NCBI GenBank assembly: GCA_951406725.2
Contig: OX597828.1
Coordinates: forward strand, 52,514,001 to 52,578,000
Length of the DNA stretch: 64,000 bases
Source: Octopus vulgaris
Taxonomy: Eukaryota
Direction: 5' to 3'
The position numbers and the translations under genes are program-made. Shown here piece after piece: positions 1-13,775 of the stretch. Each line of letters opens with the position of its first letter. Positions within the stretch are counted from its first letter, which is position 1. A model generated the notes under the pieces. It was not told where the DNA came from and searched no databases. It saw only the letters and a program-made list of their open reading frames with translations.

Positions 1-156
1 ATCGACCCCAGTGCGTAACTGGTACTTAATTTATCGACCCCGGAAGGATGAAAGACAAAGTCGACCTCGGCGGAATTTGAACTCGGAACGTAACGGCAGA
101 CGAAATACGGCAACGCATTTCGCCCGGCGTGCTAACGTTTCTGCCAGCTCGCCGCC
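1..156 (-). mobile_element. tRNA-headed SINE with Deu/Nin-type central domain (runs off window start)
   Basis: Minus strand: GGCGGCGAGCTGGCAGAAACGTTAG (A-box-like), GAGTTCAAATTCC (B-box), then GAGGTCGACTTTGTCTTTCATCCTTCCGGGGTCGATAAATTAAGTACCAG (Deu/Nin-like); many copies in window. Confidence 0.8.
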
Positions 157-180
157 TTCAATAGATATATACATATAGAT

Positions 181-478
181 GTGGAGGCACATGGCCTAGT
201 GGTTACTGCAGCGGACTCGCAGTCGAGGGATTGCGGGTTCGAATCTCAGATCGGGTGATGTGTGTGTTTATGAGCGAAGTACCTAAGCTCCACGCGGCTC
301 CGGCAGAAGGTAATGGCGAAACTTCTGCTGACTCTTTCGCCACGACTTTCTCTCACTCTTTCCTCTTGCAGCTTGCAGCTCACCTGCGACGGACCGGCGT
401 CCCGTCCAGGTGGGGAACCTATACGCCAAAGTAATCGAGAAACCGGCCCTATGTGCCAGGCGTGGCTTGAGAAGGAAC
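181..478 (+). mobile_element. tRNA-headed SINE with Meta-like domain
   Basis: TGGCCTAGTGG A box, GGTTCGAATCTC B box, CCTGCGACGGACCGGCGTCCCGTCCAGG domain; second copy at 63011-63270 (-). Confidence 0.75.
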
Positions 479-540
479 CGACAACAATACATAAAGATAA
501 ATACATACGTATGGATATATAATTTTTTACATACTTAATA

Positions 541-1248
541 TACATACAGTTTTCAAAAAGTATTCATTTTTTGGCCGGCAAAACTAATGCTGCATAGAAA
601 GTGACACCACCCTTGCTGCCTACAGAGGAAATTTTGGGATGGTAGGCCGCATTAGTCCCCACCTGTGACACCTGGAGTACAGAGTTATAGTTCAGGCTCG
701 TCGAATTTTGGCTTTCACAGCAAGATGAACAAACGCGTTGAGCAGAAGCTTTAAACCCATGTCTAATCCCCAGTAATGATGATGTTTATGAAGTCTGGTT
801 CATGGTTTACCCAGTCCAGCATGTTCCGAGGGATTTCCATGCGAAATTATTTCTGCTACTCCGCCAGCACCTTTGGGCAAATTTCACTAACGCATTCTGC
901 TCTCACACATCCTCCATTAAAATGAAATGTATTGATCCGGTGCCTATCTCTATTTGTTAGCAATTTCCTGGACTGTTACACAACGTTCTTCCATGACTAT
1001 TTGCGGAACCTTCTGAATTGGCCTCCGTTTTGTGTTGCGGATGGTCTGCCTGAACTTAGATGCCGCCATATATGAATCGGTTATACCGCTCTGTGATATG
1101 AGTTTTCCCAATGGCGTCATCGCCACAAGCCAACTGGAACTTTTGGATGGTTTGAGCTTGTGTATTATAAAACAAGTTTGGCAAAGCTTAATGCAATATA
1201 TCTGCGTGATGCGTTCTGTGAAAAATGAAATCTGACGAAAACCTCGTG
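541..1248 (-). mobile_element. Decayed mariner transposon (N-terminal HTH and first catalytic Asp region)
   Basis: Minus-strand translation across stops and frameshifts: CIKLCQ..., GRPSAT, KVPQIVMEERCVTVQEIANK-IEIGTGSIHFILMED, MEIPRNMLDWVNHEPDFINIIITGD*TWV (mariner TGDETW motif). Confidence 0.75.
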
Positions 1249-1259
1249 TGTGATTTTAT

Positions 1260-1690
1260 GGTTAGAAGTTTGCTTCCCAAGTTCTTGGACCTGGATTCAC
1301 AGCATCACACCTTGGGCAAGTGTCTTCCACTATAGCCTCGGGCCGACCAAAGCCTTGTGAATAGATTTGGTAGACGGAAACTGAACGTAGCCTGTCGTTT
1401 ATATACACACATGTATGTGTGCGTGTGTGTGTGTGTGGTTGCGTGAGTGTGTGGTTGTGTGAGTGTGTGGTTGTGTGTGTGTGTGTTTAGCCTCCATCGA
1501 TTGGTCGGTACTGGTGTTTTTATGTCCTCGTAACTTGGTGGTTCGGCAAAAAACCGACAGAATAATTACCAGGTTTGAAAGATTAAAAAAAAACCTGTAC
1601 TGAAGTCAATTCATTCGACTAAAAATTCCTCACCACTTGCCCTAGCATGGCCGCTGTCTAATGATTGAAACATGGAAAAGATTAAAGTTA
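1260..1690 (+). mobile_element. Degraded CORE-type SINE
   Basis: CACCTTGGGCAAGTGTCTT...GATTTGGTAGACGGAAACTG, internal (TG)n, diverged 3' part. Confidence 0.75.
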
Positions 1691-2153
1691 AAAGATAAAT
1701 ATAAATACACACAAAAATACAAGACTTCAAGTAAAACCATATATAAAATGCATTTATACGTATAAACACGTCTACGAGTATGTGTCAATGTGTCCATAAT
1801 TTGATTAAACACATCAACCCACTCACAGACAACCACGCAAAGATGGAACACAATGATTCACAAGCATTATTGTGTCAGAGTTCTCCTTTAAACATGGGGA
1901 GTGAATACATAAATATTTTCATAGGCTGCAGCCTGTACTTCAAAGAATGGAGCCTAAGGGGAAATGGCGTTACATTGTAAGGGGAGACCACCTATCCCGC
2001 GCATTCATTTGTTAGTTATTCTGAAACAGAGGCAACGCAGAAGAGTTCCTAAAAAGACGCCCTAAACGAATTAAAATACAATAAGGCGAGATTTCTGGAG
2101 TACAATGAAATGAAATTAAATAGTGTACTTGGAATGCGACTCCATGTGTCTGT

Positions 2154-2343
2154 TGTATGTATGTATGTATGTATGTGAGTGTGTGTGTATGTATGTATGT
2201 ACGTATGTATGTATGTATGTATGTATGTATGTATGTATGTATGTATGTATGTATGTATATATGTATGTATGTGTGTATGTATGTATGTATGTATGTATGT
2301 ATGTATGTATGTATGTATGTATATATGTATGTATGTATGTATG

Positions 2344-2374
<31 letters not shown>

Positions 2375-2591
2375 ATATGTATGTATGTATGTATGTATGT
2401 ACGTATATATGTATGTATGTATGTACGTATGTAAGTATTTATGTACATATGTATGTATGTATGTATGTATGCATGTATGTACGTATATATGTATGTATGT
2501 ATGTACGTATGTATGTATGTATGTATGTATGTATGTACGTATGTACGTATGTATGTATGTATGTACGTATGTATGTATGTATGTATGTATG

Positions 2592-2623
<32 letters not shown>

Positions 2624-2684
2624 TGTATGTATGTATGTACGTATATATGTATGTATGTATGTACGAATGTATGTATTTATGTAC

Positions 2685-2715
<31 letters not shown>

Positions 2716-2864
2716 CGTATGTATGTATGTATGTATGTGAGTGTGTGTGTATGTATGTATGTACGTATGTATGTATGCATGTATGTATGTATGTATGTAT
2801 GTATTATGTATGTATGTATGTATGTATGTATGTATGTATGTATGTATGTATGTATGTATGTATG

Positions 2865-2904
<40 letters not shown>
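2154..2904. repeat. (ATGT)n followed by (TA)n microsatellite
   Basis: Directly visible; source of the MYVC/IHTY ORFs. Confidence 0.97.
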
Positions 2905-2909
<5 letters not shown>

Positions 2910-3304
2910 GTGTCTGATTGAACGTGTGTATGTTCATATGTGTTTAAATGTGTGTATATATACATGAATATATGAATCACATACACATGCACATACAAAC
3001 TCACGCACACAAACACACACACTCACACACACTCGGGTTTCATTCAGTTTCCGTCTACCCGAGGCTATAGCAAAAGACACTTGTCCAAGTGGGATGGAAC
3101 CCGGAACCATGTGCTTGGGAAGCACTCTTCTTACCACACAGCAACGCCTTATTATATAAACAGATACCTTTATTCATACACGTGCGTGAGAGTGCGTCTG
3201 TTACCAACCAATTTCCCTCTATCTCTATAAATATGTCTGTCCGTCAGTTTGCCAGTCTATCTGTCAGTCTGTCTCTCAGTCTCTATGTATGGGTGTATGT
3301 ATGT

Positions 3305-4260
3305 ATGGATGGATGAATGGATGGATGGATGGATGGATGAGTGTATGTATGTATGTATGTATGGATGGATGGATGGATGGATGGATGGATGGATAGATGG
3401 ATGGATGGATGGATGGATGGATGGTATGGATGGATGGATGGATGGATAGATGGATGGATGTATAGATGGATGGATGATTGTATGGATGGATGGATGGATG
3501 GATAGATGATTGTATGGATGGATGGATGGATGGATAGATGGATAAATGGATGGATGGATGGATGGATGGATGGATGGATGGATAGGGATAGATGGATGGA
3601 TGGATGGATGGATAGATGGATAGATGGATGGATGGATGGATGGATGGATGGATGGATAGATGGATAGATGGATGGATGGATGGATGGATAGATGGATGGA
3701 TGGATGGATGGATGGATAGATGATTGTATGGATGGGTGGATGGATAGATGGATAGATGGATGGATGGATAGATGGATGGATGGATGGATGGATGGATGGA
3801 TGGATGGATGGATGGATGGATGGATGGATAGATGGATAGATGGATGGATGGATAGATGGATAGATGGATGGATGGATGGATGGATGGATGGATGGATGGA
3901 TGGATGGATGGATGGATAGATGGATGGATGGATGGATGGATGGATGGATGGATGGATAGATGGATGGATGGATGGATGGATAGATGGATAGATGGATGGA
4001 TGGATAGATGGATAGATGGATGGATGGATGGATGGATGGATGGATGGATGGATGGATGGATAGATGGATGGATGGATGGATGGATGGATGGATGGATAGA
4101 TGGATGGATGGATGGATGGATAGATGGATGGATGGATGGATGGATGGATGGATAGATGGATGGATGGATGGATAGATGGATAGATGGATGGATGGATGGA
4201 TGGATGGATGGATGGATGGATGGATAGATGGATAGATGGATGGATGGATGGATGGATGGA
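3305..4260. repeat. About 950-bp (GGAT)n/(AGAT)n microsatellite
   Basis: Directly visible; source of the MDGW/SIHP ORFs. Confidence 0.97.
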
Positions 4261-4596
4261 TTTCTCTCTGACAGAGATTCGCTTCTCTCCAACAGAAAGA
4301 TTTGACAATGCAAAATACTTAAGTAACAGGAGTAAAAGGTTAATTACGTGTTCTTATTTTCATTTTGCGTATGATACATATGACCCAAAGATATCTTATG
4401 CATTACTATGTGTGGTACACGTTTCTGTATGTGTTTCATCCATGTGTGAGTATATTTGTATTCTGCATATAAATTTATATGTACATACATACATTTGTAT
4501 GTATGTATTTATGTATGTATGTATATATGTATGTATGTATGTATGTATTTATATATGTATGTATATCTATCCATCTATCTATCTCCATCTCTCTCG

Positions 4597-4634
<38 letters not shown>

Positions 4635-4710
4635 ACAATATTATATATATATATATGTGTGTGTATGTGTATGTATGCAAGTTTGTATGCGCGTTTCTGT
4701 GTGCATATCC

Positions 4711-4806
<96 letters not shown>

Positions 4807-4807
<1 letters not shown>

Positions 4808-6642
4808 CTCTCTCAAAGCTGCTCAATGACGCGCAGTACGGGTATAAAATGTTTGATAAAAATATAAATCATCTCGTTTACATGGATGATTTAAAGCTTT
4901 TTGCAAAAAATGATCAACAACTCAAGGGCTTACTAGCGATAGTCAAACAATTCAGTGACGACATCAGAATGCAATTCGGCCTCGATAAATGTGCAAAGGC
5001 TACCTTTATCAAAGGAAAAATGACAGAAACATCTAACGTTAACCTTGACCAACAGAATGTCATAAAAGAACTAGACCCAGCGGAGAGCTACAAGTACCTA
5101 GGGGTAATTGAAGGGAACGGAATAAGGCATTCAGAGATGAAGGAAAGGATCAGGAGAGAATGCTATCGAAGAGTGAGAGCAATACTCAAGACAGAGCTGA
5201 ATGCAAGAAACATGATCGAAGCAATCAATGCATTAGCTATACCAGTCGTGACTTACAGTTTCAATATTGTTAACTGGTCAATTACTGAAATATGTCAGCT
5301 CGACAGAAAAATAAGGAAACTGTTGACAATGCATAGAATGCACCACCCTAAGGCAGATACAGAACGACTCTATCTGCCAAGAAAAGAGGGAGGCCGTGGT
5401 CTTTTGCAACTGGCAATAACAATGAAGATTGCTACAATTGGCCTAGACACCTACCTGAAAAACTCTGAGGACAGGATGTTAAAACTTGTCTCAAAACATG
5501 AAAACAAGAAAGCATCATACTTAGTCACAAAACAGGCAAAGGAATATCTAAGTGAATTCCGAATACAACCAATTTCGGAATTAGAGATAGACATACAAGA
5601 AACAAGCACAGAAAAAGCTAGGCGCATGAAAACCCGTGCCAAAACTGCGGCCTTAGATATTCTGAATAATAAATGGCAAGAAAAACCTCTCTATGGCAAA
5701 TACCCAAAGAGAGCGAATAATGCAGATATCGACATAGCCCTGACCCATCAATGGCTAATGGCCTCTGGCTTAAAATCTGAAACAGAGGGGTTTATCATAG
5801 CAGCTCAAGATCAATGCCTACCAACAAGAAACTACCAGGCCAACATATTAAAGATCAGAAGCAGTCCAACGTGTCGTGTATGCAAGCAACAAAATGAAAC
5901 CATTGACCATGTGGTATCCAAGTGCAGTCTTCTAGCGCCTACAGAGTATCTCAACAGGCACGATAGAGCTGCACAATATATTCACTGGGTAATCTGTAAA
6001 AACCTGGATTTGCCCCATGAAAAAAACTGGTGGGAACACAAACCACCCCCAGTGCTTGAAAATGACCACATCTCACTCCTCTGGAACTTCACCATTCAAA
6101 CTGACAGGAAGATAGATGCAAATAGGCCAGACATCATATTGAAAGACTTCAAACAAAGAACATGCCTCCTCATTGATATGACTGTCCCAATCGATATAAA
6201 CGTATCTGTCAGGACCTACCAAAAACTGAGCAAATATAAATATCTTGAAATAGAAATCAGCAAAATGTGGAAGCTGAAGACTAAAACAATACCTGTTGTC
6301 ATAGGTGCCCTGGGAATGATAGCAAAAGGGGCTGATAGCTACCTAACTCAGATACCAGGAAACCCAAAAATGGCAGAAGTTCAAAAGATAGTGCTCATGG
6401 GAACTGCTCATATCCTACGCAAAATACTCTCTATGTAACCTCAAGGTTTAAAACAACCATAATTTTCGGTTTAAAAAAAAAAACTTTTTTTTTTAGACAT
6501 TCATTAGTACAACATCCCCACCCCCAAATATATGGCACATTAGGCATAACAACAACATGAACTTCCAACCCTGTTGTCTCTTGAGGTCTCTGGGTGAGAC
6601 TTGGAGCCAACTTGTACAAATATAAAGCAAAAGTCAAACATA

Positions 6643-6643
<1 letters not shown>
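4807..6643 (+). mobile_element. 5'-truncated R4/Dong-clade non-LTR retrotransposon inserted in (TAA)n
   Basis: (AAT)n at 4744-4806 and about 6644-6690; open frame from 4807 ([18 protein letters not shown]...) to stop at 6438; about 205-bp 3' UTR. Confidence 0.9.
4849..6438 (+). CDS. Partial LINE ORF: RT C-terminal half, CCHC zinc knuckle and restriction-like endonuclease (RLE)
   Basis: [40 protein letters not shown]-x8-H-x4-C, RHD, RPDII..LIDMTVP..KLSKY, GALG; frame opens at 4807, so the ATG at 4849 is not the native start. Confidence 0.9.
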   Translation: MFDKNINHLVYMDDLKLFAKNDQQLKGLLAIVKQFSDDIRMQFGLDKCAKATFIKGKMTETSNVNLDQQNVIKELDPAESYKYLGVIEGNGIRHSEMKERIRRECYRRVRAILKTELNARNMIEAINALAIPVVTYSFNIVNWSITEICQLDRKIRKLLTMHRMHHPKADTERLYLPRKEGGRGLLQLAITMKIATIGLDTYLKNSEDRMLKLVSKHENKKASYLVTKQAKEYLSEFRIQPISELEIDIQETSTEKARRMKTRAKTAALDILNNKWQEKPLYGKYPKRANNADIDIALTHQWLMASGLKSETEGFIIAAQDQCLPTRNYQANILKIRSSPTCRVCKQQNETIDHVVSKCSLLAPTEYLNRHDRAAQYIHWVICKNLDLPHEKNWWEHKPPPVLENDHISLLWNFTIQTDRKIDANRPDIILKDFKQRTCLLIDMTVPIDINVSVRTYQKLSKYKYLEIEISKMWKLKTKTIPVVIGALGMIAKGADSYLTQIPGNPKMAEVQKIVLMGTAHILRKILSM

Positions 6644-6689
<46 letters not shown>

Positions 6690-6711
6690 TAATATATATG
6701 TATAATATATA

Positions 6712-6742
<31 letters not shown>

Positions 6743-6766
6743 AGTATATATATATAGACACATAAT

Positions 6767-6814
<48 letters not shown>

Positions 6815-7054
6815 GCAGATAAACAAATTAGATATATTAGATATAATGTTACAATTTGGGTATGAACCACAAAAGATGTATATATGTATGCATGTCCAGC
6901 AAGAGAAAGCAGAAGATGGAGATTTCCATACGATGAATAGGGATAGTTAAATACAAATATATAAATATTTATGTTAATACATCTAACTTACACAAAGTAC
7001 AAACGACTGAGAAAATTGAATGAGTGGTAGAAAGGTGTTATGAGACCTACAGCT

Positions 7055-7549
7055 ATCTGTAATGACATGCATAAGATCTGGTCATCAAATCTTAGTAGAG
7101 ACTTCAAACTTGAAATCTTCAAAGCCACAGTCGAACTAATTCTACTATATGGCTCAGAAACCTGGACGTCATCAAAGAAGCTTGAGAGGCGGTTGGATGG
7201 AACCTACACTCGCCTCCTTATGAGAGCTCAAAATCTCTCGTGGAAGCGCCATCCAACCAAAATGCAAATATATGGGAAACTACCACCTGTGTCATCTCTT
7301 GTGAAAGGTAAGAGAGTCCATTTTGCTGGACATTGCTGTAGAGCTGAAAAAGAGGTAATTTCTACTCTTCTCCTCTGGAAGCCATCTACTCGCAATACCA
7401 GAGGGCGCACACTCTCCTACCCTGATGTAATCTCCAGGGATAGAGGCATCCAGCAACAGGACCTCCGTAATGCCATGATGGACCGTGAAGTCTGGCGTAG
7501 CATGATAAATTCCATTGTCTCGACCACGGTCGAACAATGATGATGATGA
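7055..7549 (+). mobile_element. RTE-clade LINE 3' fragment with (TGA)n tail
   Basis: KLEIFKATVELILLYGSETW...HFAGHCCR...AMMDREVWR, stop followed directly by TGATGATGA. Confidence 0.85.
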
Positions 7550-8189
7550 CCTCTCGAGACTCAGAGATCCATGATAATATTGGTAGATGTAGTTCATCAC
7601 AATATACGGCCGTACTGGATGCAATTAGCATAGAATAAGATGAGCCTCCCTCATCAGGGTAGAGAAGATCGTACAGCACAGAAAATTTCATCATCGACTG
7701 GCCCGTTTACATTATGATTACTGATGATAAAACTAAAGGAAGTTAATTGATACCGGTTAATATGAATGCAACCTATCCTAGGTTTTCGTATTTCACTGCA
7801 TATACCATTTGAATAATAGAAATGTAAAACAGAAATGTATATCTTCCCCAATTTGAATAACGGATTTGTTATATAACGAATTACGAGACTGAGTAATTGA
7901 TAGTGTGTGCAGATTCTGTTCTTTCTTTGGTGGAAGTATCGTTCCCTGATATGTGACACATCTCTTTTCCCTGTATTACAGAAACATCGAATCCAAAAGG
8001 TTTCATGCATAGATCGCACATAGACCGAAGTATATGGTATAGAAGACACTTATCCAACATGTCAAGAAATCCAACCTCGGGTTATCATGTCAGTGTACCT
8101 ATATTTTAATCATTCGACCGAGCATGCTATTTTAGTTAGACACATTTGCACACATTGGCCTTTATGCGTACAGAAAACCTACTCCTTCT

Positions 8190-8662
8190 TTCGAGGGATT
8201 ATATACTTCATTATTAGACTGTTTTCTTTAGTCACTGCGCGGTGATCGCTATGAGATTTAAGCTTATAATATAACATTATTACTATTATTTACAGAATTG
8301 TAAAAATTGACACTGCTTAACAAAACCATGCGCAGTAAAAGCATATGAAAATTTGTTTGTAAAAACAACTACGAACCAATTATAGTCCTTAAATCGACGG
8401 GAAAAAACAGGTAGGTTCGCTGATGTTCTCGGTAGCAGACTTGGCCGCGTAAACAAAGAAGTATGTGATCGAATCCCACACCTGCGGATAACCTATATTT
8501 TTTTCTGTCGAAGACTTATATACCCCATTACTAGACTATTTTCTTTCGTCTATTTTCTTTAGCGCGGTGATCGCTATAAGCTTTAGGCTAATAGAATATT
8601 ATTATTTCCAGAATTGTAAAAATCGACTCTGCTTCACAAAACTATTCACAGTAAAAGCATAT
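8190..8662. repeat. Diverged direct duplication (about 155-bp units, about 315 bp apart)
   Basis: Shared GCGCGGTGATCGCTAT, CAGAATTGTAAAAAT and CAGTAAAAGCATAT in about 8190-8347 and about 8505-8662. Confidence 0.75.
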
Positions 8663-9189
8663 ATATATAAGAAGGAAAATGCACTCAGTTTACATAGTTT
8701 TAATATATTTTTAAATATATATTATAAGTGAAAGATTATTGTATTTGTCGACCGGTTTCGTTTTCACTAATTATGACATTGAAATTATTATAATTTCGTA
8801 TTTTCTTAAGATGGTTTTAGTCTATGTTGTGTGTGGAGAAATGAATGATTCAACAAGTAGAAAAATTTAAGGGGTGATAATTGATGATCTTTATTATTGG
8901 GGAGAGGGAAAGTAATTGCTCATCTTTTGGAGAGGGGATAAATAAATATATATACAAAAGTTCAAAAGCTAAAGTATTTAAATAAATTTTCTTTATTTAA
9001 ACGTTCTAGCACAGAAATTGTTTCTTAGCACTGGTAGATGGGGAAAACTGTGAAGTTCGGTTGGATATTGCCTGCACATCTCTCTATGTGTTCACGCAAA
9101 GGAATCTCTCTGTACTGCGGAAACTGAGCTCCTTAAGTAGTGTAGTTCTCTGTCTCAGAATCATACTTGTCTATCCTATATAGTTATAA

Positions 9190-9840
9190 AATAACATACA
9201 ATTTACTATGGAATATAGCAAAGAACAACTTCCTTTCTTAGATATTATAATAAAAAAGTCAACAACCAAATTGTAACTGACAGTTATCATAAACCAACGG
9301 ACTTAAAGCAATATCTACTGTTTAGTTTATACCGCTCGAAACCCATCAAAAGAAATATCCCCTTAAATTTAGCAAAAAGGATTTGCACAATAGGATGTGA
9401 TGGAAATACTAGGGACCTCCATCTTCAAAACCTCAGGACAATACTAACTTAAATATAACTCACTTATAGACAATGAAATTAAGCGTGATACGAAATTATA
9501 CATTAAAATACTAAAGGCAACAAAACGTCACACCACATCTCAAATCACAACCCTAGAAACTACATGGCATATTACACTATCGTATAAAATTTGCCTATGC
9601 TCACTAAGAATCCATAAATGAACAATATTATAAAAGCACATAGATTCATCAAGTGCAAAAAGCAACAAAAATCGCTGAAAAGACCTTTAACAAATGCGAA
9701 GCATTAAACAACAACCACGAAACCAACAGTTAAAAAATGTGGACGTCCAAACTATGGAATATGCTCCAAGCTATTGGAAGGTTCGGAATTCCCATTCAAA
9801 CAAGGTGAGAGGTTCTACAATGAAAACCAACTTCACATAG
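9190..9840 (+). mobile_element. Decayed Penelope-like element (RT thumb to Cys linker)
   Basis: NIQFTMEYSKEQLPFLDII..IVTDSYHKPTDLKQYLLF..KRNIPLNLAKRICTI...KKCGRPNYGICSKL, with frameshifts and stops. Confidence 0.8.
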
Positions 9841-10514
9841 ATATATGATATGTATGGAAGTGCGTATGTACACGTAAGATGCTGAGTTCCACAGTTTTGA
9901 TCAAAGACTCTGACTGTCTCCTATCTGGATCATCGCAAGAAACAGTTTAACTCTCTAAAGGGAGCTACGATTCCATCAAATAGAATTTATAATATATATT
10001 TAAAATCTCACTACTAGCTTGCATTAATTTTGAGAATATCATTTCCATAAGAACCAAAATTCTTCCAATTCGCATTCAAACGAAGTGATCGGAATAAAGT
10101 AAGCAGTTCGCCGGAAAACGCTCCTAGATCTTTGATACAAAATGCCTCTATGAAAGTCATTTAAATTAATACCTGCAATCAATTTTTGATTTAATTTATA
10201 TTCCAAAACCCAGCTTAATAATGACAAAATTTGATATAATAAATTCATACGTATCAAGTGGAACACATCCGTTCCTGTGCGATATGCGACGTTAAGCAAA
10301 GGCAAGTCCGGTTAGTGCTTAGAGGGATGGAAGCCTGGAAAACCTAGTTGTTGTAAACAAAACTTACTGTGTGAGTTTGCTGTTTGGCAAAATAAGTCCT
10401 GGGTTAAATTTGTTTGAATAAACCCTTCAAAGCTGTGCTCAAGCATGGACACATTCCAGTGATTGAAACAAATGAAAGATAAAAAACAAAAGGTAAAATA
10501 TGTTTAAATTATTA

Positions 10515-10696
10515 GGCGTAGGAGTGGCTGTGTGGTAAGTAACTTGCTTACGAATCACATGGTTCTGGGTTCAGTCCCACTGCGGGGCACCTTGGGCAAA
10601 TGGTTTCTACTATAGCCTCGGGCCGACAGAAGCCTTGTGAGTGGATTTGGTAGACGGAAACTGAAAGAAGTCCGTCGTATATATGTATATATATAC

Positions 10697-10727
<31 letters not shown>

Positions 10728-10933
10728 CTTTTGTGTCTGTGTTTGTCCCCTCAACATGCTGGTGTGTTTACGTCCTCGTAACTTAGCGGTTCGGCAACAG
10801 AGACCGATAGAATAAGTACTAGGCTTACAAAGAATAAGTCCTGGTTGGTCGATTTGTTCGACCAAAGGTGGTGCTCCAGCATGGCCACAGTCAAATGACT
10901 GAAACAAGTAAAAGATTTAAAGAGAGTAAAGAG
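10515..10933 (+). mobile_element. CORE-type tRNA SINE, full length
   Basis: GGCGTAGGAGTGGCTGTGTGGTAAG head, GGGTTCAGTCCC B box, CACCTTGGGCAA core, internal (TA)(TG), AAAGAGT tail. Confidence 0.88.
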
Positions 10934-11542
10934 TATTATGCTGGGCCAAGTCGTAGAGTTGGCAAAATGCCCTTGCTTAATTTTGCTGTGCCATGCTGGG
11001 GCAGTGCATGCGAGTCTTGAACCAAGTGTGTACGAATTAGATTTCTTAACAACGCGCTTATGAGTGCTCTCTTTTGTTTGACAGCATTCAAATGATGCGG
11101 CTTCAATTTAGAACTGGAAAACAATAAAGAAAACTAAAATAAACACAGTAAAGTAAAAAAACAAAAAAACAACTACAGCTGCATCGCTCGGAATTGTGAG
11201 CAGAGAGTATGTTAGCTCAACAATGGTCGCTAAATAGGAAGACAATGATCCAGGTTTGCAAGAAAGGTGAATGACGACAGTGTCAGGACCGTGCCTTTTT
11301 TCTAGGGCATTATTAGCGGTAACTGGGAATTAAAAGTCAGAGCGTTCATCTAGGTTCATGTAGACCTGACTTCGGTCCGAGAGTATACACAAACGTTATA
11401 TAGTGCATAGATTTCACAACGTTCGCAATAGTTCAGAGAACACAGTGCCCGGGAACCTTGCGTCCAGTCATAAGCAGAATGAAACAATAACAAAGGTTGT
11501 TGTTAGTAACAAGAACAATACAACAGCAATGACAAAAGTACT

Positions 11543-11970
<428 letters not shown>

Positions 11971-12946
11971 ATCGTTTCCCATGATTATATTCTGCCAGAC
12001 AAACAGAATGCACCGAGCTTGCCTCAGCCCCCGCTTTCGAAATGTCTTTAAGCAATTAGCTTAATAACAATTATCTTAAGATGTTATTTATAATTATTAA
12101 CATCTTTCCTTCTCGCTTTACCGCTCCTTTTACCACCACCACCACCACCACCACCAGCAACATCTCGACATTACCATCACCATAAGCAGCAGCAGCAGCA
12201 GCAGCAGCACCGCCACCGTTGCCACAACCAGCACCGCCACTGCCACCTACACAAGCACTTTTACTCTATCCCCCACGTTGCTTAATTACAACGGAAGATC
12301 ACAATGTACCGCATACAAGTTCGTGTTACGTATTCATCTCCTCCTCGCTGGTTCGTGACGAAACTTGCCCGTTCTTGGTATATTGTTAGAATTAATTTCA
12401 CATTGTTCCAGCCTCCAATCCACCAACAATTAACAGATTGCCATCATTTCATCTTTTTCTTTCTCTTTTTTAACTATTCATCTATTCCAAAATCTTCCAC
12501 TGGATTAAATCCATCTCGTGAATTATAATAAAAGAGCAGATATTTGTTTACGTATGCATGCTTCTAAGTTTGCATGCATGCATGTATGTATGTATGTATA
12601 TATGTATGTATTTATGTATGTATGTATGTATGTATGTATGTATGTATGTATGCAGATGTGTATGTATGTATGTATGGATGTATGCAAATGTGTATGTATA
12701 TCTGTATGTATGTATGTATGCATGGAAGTGTGTACGCATGTATGTATATTTTTATGTATGCAAATATCTACTTGCATATATATATGTTAGTACATATATA
12801 ATGCATGCAAATATGCATATACACACATAGGCACGGACACAGATTTATACATGTGTATATATATATACGCGCATATATAGATACATATGTACTTATATGT
12901 ACATATACATACACGCATATATATATATATATATATACACGCATAT

Positions 12947-13002
<56 letters not shown>

Positions 13003-13189
13003 TAAGCAATTAAGGGTTTAGCAACGAATTGCCTTACCACACACCGAATTTAGAAATAGCAGTCAAAGAGATTATAGCTATTTCTTCTACTAAAAGGGAG
13101 ATCACAGTAAAGACACAGCATTTGAAAGGCAAACACAGACAGGTAAGAGAGAATGAATTAACGGCAATCTATCATACAGTTTTAAGTCA

Positions 13190-13281
13190 CCTACGGACGT
13201 ACGTTTCGAGATCAAGTCTTAGGAAAGCATAAGAATTAGATAACTCTACCTTACCCAGACTTCTTCTTTCATCAGCGCAGG
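13190..13281 (-). ncRNA. Minimal type-I hammerhead ribozyme, unit 1
   Basis: Minus strand: CCTGCG-CTGATGA-61-nt hairpin-GAAAC-GTAC-GTC-CGTAGG; stem I CCUGCG/CGUAGG; predicted cut between 13196 and 13195. Confidence 0.85.
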
Positions 13282-13775
13282 ATACAAACAATCATGAATG
13301 ATTGAATATTGAATTTTGAGATACTAGAAGGCACCAACTCAACTTAGTATCAGAGCGAGCTAGAAGCCACAGCTAGTATCACCAAATTCAAAGTATGAAT
13401 GAAAGCTTGTGTCACCAGTCCCTTCCCACCCGCGTGAAGCCAAGACAAAGTGCTGTGGTCATTTACTGGGATGAATATGGTTATGAGTAACAATGAAGGG
13501 TGGAATTAATTAATTTGGAATAATTATCAATTACACCAAGTAGTCTTCGGCATGTAAAAGCCTCATTCGAGGAAAATTTAAGTAATACTAAGCAATTAAG
13601 GGTTTAGCAACGAATTGCCTTACCACACACCGAATTTAGAAATAGCAGTCAAAGAGATTATAGCTATTTCTTCTACTAAAAGGGAGATCACAGTAAAGAC
13701 ACAGCATTTGAAAGGCAAACACAGACAGGTAAGAGAGAATGAATTAACGGCAATCTATCATACAGTTTTAAGTCA

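Noticed and set aside
181-255. tRNA gene (also the other A/B-box heads)
   Set aside because: No proper cloverleaf or terminator; continues into a SINE body present in several copies
2012-4829. Long ORFs (MYVC, IHTY, MDGW, SIHP repeats) and similar ones across the window
   Set aside because: Translations of stop-free microsatellites
8744-8830. Minus-strand GAAACCGGTC hammerhead half
   Set aside because: No CUGANGA or stem I partner upstream
10039-10305. Possible hAT dimerisation remnant (IPITSFECE)
   Set aside because: Single short motif with no supporting context
13029-13232. 67-aa ORF repeated in the array
   Set aside because: TTG start, no recognisable motif, frameshifted in unit 4, and antisense to the hammerhead
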